This document shows positions 53,668 to 64,000 of a DNA stretch of 64,000 nucleotides, piece after piece (the stretch's first letter is position 1; each line of letters opens with the position of its first letter). The stretch lies in the NCBI GenBank assembly GCA_012295275.1, contig CM022669.1, positions 2,480,001-2,544,000 on the forward strand. The letters are read 5' to 3'. Below the pieces are notes generated by a model that ran no database searches, was not told the DNA's origin, and worked only from the letters and a program-made list of their open reading frames with translations. The translations under genes and the position numbers were made by a program. This DNA comes from Chrysomallon squamiferum. Taxonomy: Eukaryota; Animalia; Mollusca.

Positions 53668-54515
53668 TCAGTATGGTTCCAAAACAGCATAACGTATTAT
53701 CCCAGCATTTCGAATTTCCCGAATTCGTTTTGTTTGTCGAAGAATTGTCAAAATGGCTCTGTTTGTAGCATCAAGTTTGATGTTTGAAAAGTCCTTTAGA
53801 TCTGACTCCACAACAAAATAAAAACCTGCAATAACAAATATAAATTATGTGATATTCATGATATATTTCACAAACATATAAAAAAACAATTTCTTCTAAA
53901 TACATATAGTTACAAAAAACTAGAGAAAGTCTATAACAGATATACCTGAGAATGGAGTGACTGTAGCTTAGAAGAGGACCAAGATATGAAATGTTTTAGG
54001 ATCAATTCACAATACACTTACAGAGCCTCACCTCAGATCAAAAGCAATCTGGTCACAATTGTAAATGATCCCAACACTGGCCTAGTATGTGATTTCTTTC
54101 TAATGGAAAAGATCCCTTGCTACAAACCAATAATCTAGCAAACTAAAGAAAGAAGTTTCCTCTTTCATATCTGATTAGATAAATCTAAATTTTAGATATC
54201 TTCTTTAATAATATTCAACAAAAATAAATACACCACAGACAGTAGGTAATTAATGATCCTAATCATTTAATAATCAAATGAGCCAAGGTATCATATCGTT
54301 CAACATTTTCATAAACTTTAGTGATGATTCATATTACCTTTTGTGTCTTGATTTTCTTGTTTTCTGAAGTCCTCAAAACGTTTTCTGTTGACATCATTAA
54401 GTGAGGATTTCTTCATTCGTAAAATCTTGTATTTAGCTTTCAATGATTGATTTAAGCTATCTATCATCAAGTTAACTCTGTCATATGTGTGTCTGCCTTT
54501 CATATATCTGAAACA

Positions 54516-54549
<34 letters not shown>

Positions 54550-56369
54550 TGTGACTTTATAAATAAAGTAAATTGTAACAAAATTCAGACTGATTAACCT
54601 AATTCTTCATTCAGCACTTTAAAATTCAAAATAAATGAAAATTACATAATATCATCAATTATCATATTAGTTTCATCATTTGTTATTAACAAGTATTTTA
54701 AAGTGGAATTGTTTTAAAATAAACTTTCTCTGTCAGGATAAATTTCAACACTTCTGCTGAGACTACAAGAACAAACTAAATAAAATATGTTTGAAATATG
54801 GCTGTTTTCCATACTTTGGCACATCTTCAAACTCATCAACTCTGAGGTAGTCAATGACTGGACAAAATGGTTTATCTGTGGCAGAGTTTCCTTCAGGCAA
54901 CGCCCCACCACTTCTAGCATTACAATTACTCTGATTCACTGCCACTGATGGCCCACTGTTTTTGACACTCACTGGTTCCACTGAACCATTTCTGAAATCA
55001 AATAAATACACAAACATTATTGTAAAATATAGCAGAGAAGCAAATATTTCTGTCTTACAGCAACATTAATTCAAATGACTAATTTTTGGGTAAATAAATA
55101 TATAGACCACTTTATGCTGCTAAATATATTAAAACAATCTTTGAAAAATATTGTTTAATGTGTATTAGCGAGCAATAAAAGTAATCTATTTAGACAGTCT
55201 AGTCAAGTAATCAGATTGCACTGATGCCACAGAAACTATTAATTAACCATGTAGTACTTGTTGAAACAAATAATTATAAACTCTCTTGTATATTTCAGAT
55301 GATCACTGTAAAACAATGTATTGAGAAAAAATGCATTAGTGTTGTGTGCAATACAGTAAAAACTAGATACAGCTTAGTTTTGCATGTTAAAGAAACACAG
55401 CTTATTATCTGATACACAGTGTACTCTATTAGTTATTATCCACTGTCTCATATTTCATATAATCTTAGATGTAATAAGTGATTTGTGAACGTCTGTGATT
55501 TGGAAACTACCCACAGCCTGAATATCAGAAAATATTTGAGGAATACAGTTTAAGATGCATTATTTCTTTTATATGTAATCATAAACTTAAACCAGTTTTG
55601 TCTACTCTGGAATATAATTTATTGTCTCTTCCTTTTGAGTTTGTTACCACTGAAAACTCATAACACAGAAATGTTTTAAGAAATGTTTTTAATATATTTC
55701 TATAAAAAAATTAAAAATTAAAAATTAAAAAATCTACTGAATACCCAATGTCCTGTGTATTAGGAAGTCTTTGTGGAATATTGTTTACTGTATATTCCAA
55801 ATCCTCCAAAAAAGAAACATATCCTTTCATAATTCCCTGAAAAGAAAAATTTATAAAATTAAAATTAATATTTAGAAATGTATATTTTATTTTGAATATG
55901 CCATTTATTTTCTTATTTAAAAAGAAGGAATAATATAACTATTTAAAGTTGCTTTAATTGCCTAAAAAATTATTTTTCTTCAAATAAATACATAATATAT
56001 TAATGGAAAGTGATTAATTCATAAATTCCATTTGTTTCAGTGAACTGTCTAAAACCATTTCTAATTGTTTAATTTAAAAACACTAAAATTTTTTTTCACT
56101 TTTTGTGTATTTACAAACAGATAAGACAGAATGACAGACAGATATTAAATAATTACATCAACTGAAGCAAATTCTTTCTTTTGTTTATTCAGTTCTGTTT
56201 TCATCAGCCTTAATGTATTTTCTAAGCTCTGCAGCTCAGTGTTCAGGTCAGCAAGAAGTTTCTGACTCACTGGGTCATTTACAGCACATCTCAGTTCCAA
56301 ACAGGACGTCAAATTTGTTAGTTTGGTATCAAAATGATGACATAGGCCTTCTAGGGAGCCAGAATCCAT
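53668..56369 (-). CDS. SKA1: Spindle and kinetochore-associated protein 1
   Basis: Exons 56369-56157 (MDSGSLEGLCHHFDTKL.. coiled coil), 55836-55745, 54991-54815 (YLRVDEFEDVPK), 54507-54338 (YMKGRHTYDRVN..KYKIL..FRKQENQDTKG) and 53825-53668 (FYFVVESDLKDFSNIKLD..ILTILRQTKRIREIRNAGIIRYAV). The C-terminal exons match the SKA1 microtubule-binding domain. Confidence 0.93.
53960..54305 (+). mobile_element. Decayed SINE-like remnant in SKA1 last intron
   Basis: GTAGCTTAG head, GGCCTAGTATGTG..AAAAGATCCCTTGCTA core and GTTTCCTCT, in the same order as at 31522-31800. Family identity is from recall only. Confidence 0.4.
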
Positions 56370-56859
56370 TTTCTAATATGGTAGATTTTCTTGATGCGAA
56401 GAAAAGCTGCACTATGGAGAATTAACATTGCATCTTTTGTTATAAAATTCCATAATATATTATTATTATTATATACTTAAATGTTATAATTAATAAACAA
56501 TATTATTATTAGGTAAAAATCAATGATTCGGCCAGACTCACAAATGCCGATTTGAATTCATTTAGAATTAAATGTTTGTATATTGCAATAATTACAACAG
56601 ACAGAACGATATTCATTGGTTATAAATATAATATTGAAAGATTAAACATGTATAATTACTAATCAGTCATTAAATTTTATTCAAACATTACTAAGATTAA
56701 ACCATGAGTTCAGATTTTAGTCAGATGACACATTCACATTGACAGCTTAATCTTGGGGTTCAATAAGATAAAATAATTTTAGATTGCATTCGTTAAAGAA
56801 AAGAAGCTAAAATAAAAATCTGTATTAAATTCGTTAAATATATATATATCAACAAAACC

Positions 56860-57766
56860 TGAAATCAAATAAATCAATTATGACAATTTCAGCTTGTGCA
56901 AAAATCAAATTTTGCGCGTTTAATGAACATCTTTAGAGATATTATGGGAAATAACTCTAACGAGAAATATCTATTAAATACCACCAAGATGTGAATTGAA
57001 CTTGAAATTAGATCAATTTAAAAAATATTTATTCGTTTGTGTGTTTGTTTATTGCTTGTAAAACAATTGTTATATACATACTATTACGTTTTTAATATTT
57101 TAACAATCAGCGCTTGGATTAGTATAATCTGTACTTTAAACATTATGCCAAAATAAAATCAGACATTCTGTAACAGACTCAAATAAATAATATTGATTTA
57201 TGGTGTTAAAATTACATATTTCTAGATATCTATAACTGCGGTTTATAATTAAAGACATGAAGATTTCTTTTTACCATTTAAACCATTTTTCTTATCTTAA
57301 AACGTACAGTAAATTTTTAAAAGTAAAGAAACAAGCAGTTACAAATTTTGGCCACTATCAATTAAGCGTTAATCCGATGATTTTTTTTATTTTTTGTGCT
57401 ACAAAATTTTAGCTTTTAATTTCACATTATGGATATATATATATATATATATATAAAATATTTTTTTTTTTTTTTTTTTTTTTTTTTACATTGTATTTTG
57501 TGGTGCATTTCTGTAGAATTTAGTATTTAGCAGACCGACAATTAACAACTTCCTTCGTGACGTGACGTCATTTCCTAGATTCCAACAACAGTAACGAAGG
57601 AGAAAAGTTGTTGATAGCTGATGTTTTATTTAGTTTAATTGTTGCTGACATAAGAGCTTTAGTTTTTGTTTGTTGTCGTTTATGGTTTTTCTTACAGAAT
57701 ATTGTTAACAAATTTAATCGGTTAATATAACAATCAGCTTTGGTGAATCTTCATAAATTTGCCAAA
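56860..57766. promoter_or_regulatory. Divergent (head-to-head) promoter region for SKA1 and CFAP53
   Basis: The two start codons are ~1.4 kb apart and point away from each other. E2F/CDE-CHR-like motif at 56904-56918; CRE TGACGTCA at 57563-57570 with an overlapping half-site; ETS-like ACTTCC at 57548. Confidence 0.55.
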
Positions 57767-60700
57767 ATGATGCTTTCAAGACCTCGAAGGACTCGTGAAT
57801 ATAACGGGCCTACGCCTGGTTTGGTTGCCATAGTAAGTCCATAAAACTATTATTATTATTATGATTATTGTTATTATTATTTGTTTCTCACAGAAAGTGC
57901 CTGAAAAATATATTTTATTATTGTTGTTGTTGTTGTTGTTGTTATTTAGGGCATTTCTTCTGATTGCAGAATGCATAATAAAGCTAGGTCTATTTATCTG
58001 TTACATGTAATATGTATACAATCAGAAGAAAAAACCGACACAGTATAAATGTAGATTTTAATATTTATTTTTATAATTATTCAGTTTAATAATAATGATG
58101 TGTTAAACAGTACTAATTTATAAGGGTAAGCAATGTTAATTTTAAACTATCATAGAGCTGATTTACAGTAAAGTATCTTTTAAATTGTATAAATAATTGT
58201 TGCTTGTTAGAAACATTCCTGACGATTTTAGAGTATATAAATCAAAATAAAGAAGAAGTATTTTTTTCTATTTAAATCTAATCACAAAACAGAACCATAA
58301 ACCTAAACCAAAATTTTAGTTAATGCAAATCTTCTAACCCTGAAATGAATTTAAAAAGTTACCATAATTTTAAACAGTAGCTGAACAAGTGTTATTTCAG
58401 GTACCTATTTTTGGTCATTTAAAGACAAATAATAACAGATATCTTTCTACAAATCAGTAATAGTTGATGATCACTCAGTAGTACAAGTAACGTTTCCGTT
58501 ATATTTATTATTATTCATTCAAAATAATAATGTACATTTTTAAGATGTAAGTAAACATTCATTTTTTCATTTCATTTATTACAGAGAGCCAAACCACCAA
58601 ATTCACGACCAGCAGACTATTTTATATTGGAACACCGAAAGCAAGAAGATATACTAAGGGAACAGCAAAAGCAGGCAAATTTTTTGAAATTCCATGACAT
58701 GAAAAACAACTGGGTAAAAGCAACAGACAAGAAAATTCAGATTAACACTGTGAGAAAAAAAATCAGTGAAAGAATGCAAGCTGAGGAATTTGTCCTTGAA
58801 GACAGGCGTGAAAGGTGCAATATTTAATAAACATTTAAAACAATAATAATACAGAAAAATTCTCTTTCCTTTTAAAAAAAAAAGAATAGAAAACAGATCA
58901 AAAGATAGAAAGAAAGAAGGAAATCAACCTAGACAGTATAATCCCCTTCCTTATGATACTCCTTTTCCTTCAGTACAGTCAGACATTGATACAGAAGAAT
59001 CAAATTAGTCAATCTAGATGTATGTCTCCTTTCTAATCATTTGTTGATCAGTGTTTGTTTTTGGTTTTTTTTTTTATCTGGACAGCAAAAATCATTTAAA
59101 ATTTAACTTTGCCCTTTCTGAATAAATTGATCTGCTCCATATTGCAGCATCATGAAGGAATGTTGGAATTATTGAATTTTAATGACAAAATATTGAGATG
59201 TTATAGATGATTTCATTGTTTAAAACAAACTTGGTATTTTATTATTATTTTCTAGAGTTAATAAAATGATCATCAATTTTTAATTAAATTATAATTCATT
59301 GAATAATTTTGTACTTAAGAACACAGTGTTATTTATCTTTGTTGTTCTGGTTATATCAGACTGAGAGAACTGCTAAGAAATGAAGAAGAATGTTTTCTGG
59401 CTGAGATGGAAGCCAAAGAGGAGACTACATTAGAAAGACAAGCAAAAATGCGAGAAAGAGCAAAGTTCCTGAAAGACAAAAGAGAACAGGAAAGACTGAA
59501 ATTTGTGCAAGAGAAATTAGATCAGCAGTTCAGGTAATTTAAACTTCATGCTGTAGATGGAACAACTGATAAGATTGAAACCTGTAGTGGAAAGACAGAC
59601 AAGTCAGTTTAATGGGTGAAAAGCAATTTTCATTATGATGTGGATGATAATTACTGTTATTAATTTATTAATAATCATGACAATAATTCTTGTTTTGAAA
59701 GAAATACTAATGTTTATAATGGTGATGATGATGAGAATGATAAATATTATTATGATGATAATAGTACTTCTACTAATTGTTGATTTTTTATGATGATTTG
59801 AATTTTGCTCCTGTAATAATAATGATGGTCATGTAATGATGAATGATTATGATAATTATTGTTATGTAATAATAAAAAATGGTGATGGTGGTGATAATAA
59901 TGAAGATAGTGATAAATTAATAAAAGTAATAAAAATTGTAATTATAACACTGGTGGTGATGATGTAATTGTAGCAAATAATGAATAAACACAGTATGGAA
60001 TCTAATATATACTGAAATAAAATTCTCCAATACAGGAACCAGTGCGAGGAACTGAGAACTACAATGAGTAAAAGGCAGCAGGATCAAATCTGTGCAGAGC
60101 GTGTGGAACAACTACGTATTAAAAAAGAAATTGAGGATGAGAGGAAAGCTGAAGAAGAGATGTATGCTAAGCTATGGGAACAGGACATGTTGGACAAAGC
60201 AGCCCGCGAGGAACGTGAAGCAAAAGAACAGCATGAAAGGAATCGAGGCATGTTGGAAGTCCTGAAAAAACAGATGGCAGCACTAGAAGCACAGAAAGAG
60301 GAAGCTAAAAAACTGAAAGAGGAAGAGGCTCAACTTCTAGTATGTTGCAAATTATAAATATGTGTGCATATGCTTCTGTGTATATGTATACAGTATATAT
60401 TAAATGTCATTCTTTAAAAAGATAATGTGTATGTGTTTGTGTGCCTGTATAAGATAGGAGTCTGTATGTATGTTTATGTGAGTGTTAAGGTGGTGTGGGA
60501 TTTTAGGTTTTTTTTCTCTGTATATTTATATACTGTATATATGCCTGTATGTGTGCCTTTATTTTCACAAAGTCTTGTAGGCCACTGCTTTTCATACAAC
60601 TCATGTGGTTTTGATATGACGTCAGAATGTAAGACGGGTGTAATGGTCACAGAATTATCAATCTCAGTACAACCACTGGGCCTTTTCTCATCCTAACCAA

Positions 60701-62622
60701 AAAGTAGTGAATTTCAATATTAACGTGACAGTAACTTTTGTTTCTAACAGAAAGAGCAGGCAGCACTGAGGAAGATGGAGGAAGAGCAGGCTGCGAAGGA
60801 GAAGATGAGGCAGCAGAAAGAGACACGAGACATGCTTGACTTGTCCATGAGAATGAAGATGAGGAAGAAGGCCAGAGAAGAACAGGAACAGCTGGCATTT
60901 GACCTCAAAATGCTGGAACAATTGCTGGAAGAATCTCGCAATGAAGCAAGAGAACAAGAACAAAGAAAGGTTGGTTTTGTTTCTCAGATTTTTATTTGTC
61001 ACTAACAAAGCTTTTAGTGACTGGTTTAATAGTTACACTTATTAAAGAATTTCTTTTAGCATTACTTCACATTCTCATCAGTGAAATATAATTCTGAGGG
61101 CATCATCTGCTTCAGCTATGATTAAAAAATTCCTCAACTGAATAGTGATGAGATTATAAAACTTGCATAAGAATAGTTATGATGACAAAACACTGACAAG
61201 AATCTGATAAAGATAGTCAGTTTGTATGTGTCAACATAATTATGATTATGACAAAAAGAATGTTTTTTTAAATTACTATCATGTAACTATAGGCACTTTA
61301 TAGCCAATGAAAAAATAGTCTGGCATCAAGAACTTAAATTATTTTTCTCTGCATGGCAGAGTTTAGGTTGAAAAAAAAAATTCAATATTCTATGATTTTC
61401 TCAGAGAGAAAGGCGTGAGGAAGACCGTCGTTACAGAGACTACCTCCGACAACTGCATGAAGAAGAGAAGAAAGAGGAGGAGAAGCTGCAGAAGTTGATT
61501 GCAGATGAGGTAGAAAAGAACTGGCAGAAACGTTTAGAACAATGGAAGAAAGAGCGTCTTGCAAGGAAGAAGCTCATGGAGGAAGTAATGGCTGTCCGAG
61601 CCAACCAGATTCGTCAGCGATGTAAGTTTTTAAATTTATTATTTTAACTTTTATCTGGTAACAAGGAAAAAACAGTTAATTAGAATTGATTAAAGTTATT
61701 TAAACAAAAATAGTAATAATATTCTGAATATTCAGAAAGATATTTGTTCTTCTCATTTTCACTTTAGTCTATGCAATGTACAAGTTAGAAAAATGGGTTG
61801 TGGCATAATGACTTGCAGGGTATTTTTGTTTTTTGGCCTGTTTCTATTCTGTCAAGTAACCTATCACTGGCTTTTCAAAAACTGTGGAATATGCTGTTCT
61901 GACTATAGGATTAGGCGAAAAAAAGAAAAAAAATTTGTTGCTGCTTGGCAACAGTAATTCACAAAATGACAGCAGTTACTTCTTTCTCATCTGTTTATTT
62001 TATATGGTAAACACACGATTAACACAAAATAACAGATATCATTAAAATGTGTGAAGATTTTGTTAAATGATTAAAAATATATTCTTTCTTATATATATAT
62101 ATATATTTTTTTTTTTTTAACCTGTCTTATTTTAAATATTAAACAAATATTAATTATGGTCTATCCCTTATTTCCTCAGTTCTTCCTAACTAGTTCAAAA
62201 TTTATGATTTATATATGCCTTAATAAATAATTTCATAATAATAAATATCTTCTGTACACTTTGTAGTGATAGAAAATGAACGCAGACAGATTGAAGCTCA
62301 GAAAGAAAAAGAGGAAATACTGAGGACCATTGAAGAAAACAAGCATCTAGAAGAGGAGAAGGTGGCCAAGCAGTTTCAACGGAATCTTCAGTATCAGCGG
62401 GATCTAGAGGGCCAGATGGAGTATGCTAATAGGATCAAAGAAGAAGAACGCAGAAGGGAGGAGGATGAATACCGATCTGGTCTTCAAGCAGAATGCGAGT
62501 ATCAGGAAAAACTGAAAAATGCTCTTGATTACCCCATGTGTGAAAAAATTCACCCAATGAGACGATATCTCATGTCTACTCAGCCAGAACAGCAGTCATT
62601 TGAGGCCAATGACTGTCACTGA
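57767..62622 (+). CDS. CFAP53: Cilia- and flagella-associated protein 53 (CCDC11)
   Basis: Exons 57767-57832 (MMLSRPRRTREYNGPTPGLVAI), 58585-58814 (RAKPP..LEDRRE), 59360-59533 (RLRELL..ETTLERQAKMRERAKFLK..EKLDQQFR), 60036-60339 (NQCEELRT..AKLWEQDMLDKAAREE), 60751-60969, 61405-61621 and 62267-62622 (..KIHPMRR). Trichohyalin-plectin-homology coiled coil with CFAP53-typical N- and C-terminal motifs. Confidence 0.92.
57824..57837 (+). promoter_or_regulatory. RFX X-box-like motif overlapping the CFAP53 exon 1 splice donor
   Basis: GTTGCCATAGTAAG versus consensus GTNRCC-n-RGYAAC (one mismatch). Ciliary genes are typical RFX targets. Confidence 0.4.
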
Positions 62623-64000
62623 ACTGATACTCATTGTTGTAGATGTATTAAAAAAAGTTGTTGTTTATACTTGAAAAAACTGTTGAAGAATTGTGATTAA
62701 ACATCCAGAAATAAAAAAGAAAAAGATTTATTTACGTTTTAAGAGATGTCAGAGATGCTGTTAAACAAATACTGAAAACTAATTAACAAATATTTTGAAT
62801 AATTGTCAACTATCTTATTTTTTAAACTTTAGGAAGTCAAAAAAAGATTTATCTTAAACTTGAACAATAGAATAAGAATTAATTATATAACTTGAACAGT
62901 TATTAAAATAAATTATATAATATCAAGATATATTAAAATACAAAAAGATATATTATTAAACTAGAACAGACAGTGCAAATTAATTAAACAATTTCAGTAA
63001 ATGTTTGTTACTGTACTTAACTTAAAATATATTGTTTAAATCAAAAATCATTTCCATCTCTTTGCTGTACAAACTGATGGCCATTATATAAAAGTAATAA
63101 CAGATGAAAATAAATGGCTACTTGCACAAATTGTCATTTTATTTATTTTATGTTAATTAAATGTTGTTTTTTGTTTTTCTTAGACAGAGTTACAGGAATG
63201 TGATCTCAGTTATCTGTGATAGAAATGGGGAAAGGGAGGGTAATATAAATGTATATTGTAATTTCCATAGATTTTAAATTTTCAGTTTGTATAACAATAT
63301 ATTTCCATTATATATTTCCATTATTTAACATTTGTTATATATGCTGACATTATTAACGTTCGAGAGTACATGTATATGTGCATTATGCTCACATACCTGC
63401 TTAACCCCAAAGTCCATCAGTTTTTGTAACATGAAAGAAAATTGTGAAACCTTGTATTGTGACTAAACAAATCTCATCCATATAATTTGTTGTACACAAA
63501 TTAAAAATATCTAAATAGTACTATTCATAAATATTAAACATAATAGATTTCACACTCCTATAAATTTGCAATACTACTACTACTGATAATAATAATAATA
63601 CAAATTATTATGAATAATAAATAAACAAAATTGTTGTTGTTTGCTGTGTATAGGTATAATTTCTTAATTAAAATTTTATAACTTAATTCAGAAATTCAAT
63701 TTTACAGTCCTAAAGTTGTTGTTCATTTATATATTTGTTGTAACATTTCATCAGACAAACTTAGTGATTATGTGAAACGCATAAATCAATTTTATATTCA
63801 CTTAGGACTAAGGACTTTCAGGTCAAAAAATGGTCAGCTATTCCTTACTAGAAATCACTGACATATCTATTTCAGAATTTAGAATATTAGAATGGTATAG
63901 GAGAAACATTTTGTATTGCTTTTAAATTTATCCAGAATTTGTGATAGAAATGGTAAATAACTATTAATATTTGTTCTACAATACAAATGAACAGACTGAT

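Noticed and set aside
55593-55649. Possible extra 57-nt SKA1 exon (tttcag|TGGTAAC..ACTG|gt)
   Set aside because: The flanking exons already join in phase 2 without it, and inclusion would introduce a TAA. No evidence for a poison exon from sequence alone.

Overview
AT-rich, microsatellite-laden, intron-containing animal genomic DNA, not prokaryotic: no operons, CRISPR arrays, rRNA or intact tRNA were seen. Gene style and repeat types suggest a lophotrochozoan, probably a mollusc (inference only). Seven spliced protein-coding genes were reconstructed by hand from GT-AG sites and reading-frame phase. (1) The 3' part of a GPI-anchored lachesin/IgLON-like Ig protein (+, 1401-5342). (2) A ~745-aa secreted protein with a long Asn/Tyr/Pro/Lys/His repeat region, a Gly-rich linker and a C-terminal spaetzle-like cystine knot (-, 8583-12651). 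(3,4) Two tandem alpha-arrestin (ARRDC-like) paralogues (-, 18797-30896 and 38406-42317); the first has an apparent 1-nt frameshift that removes its PPxY motifs. (5) A divergent SLC28/CNT nucleoside transporter (-, 43691-50058). (6) SKA1 (-, 53668-56369), head-to-head with (7) CFAP53 (+, 57767-62622), a pairing also found on human 18q21. Introns hold a Tc1 fossil with TIRs, a mini-mariner, SINE-like remnants (one with a perfect 15-bp TSD), minisatellites and several candidate regulatory or structured elements.
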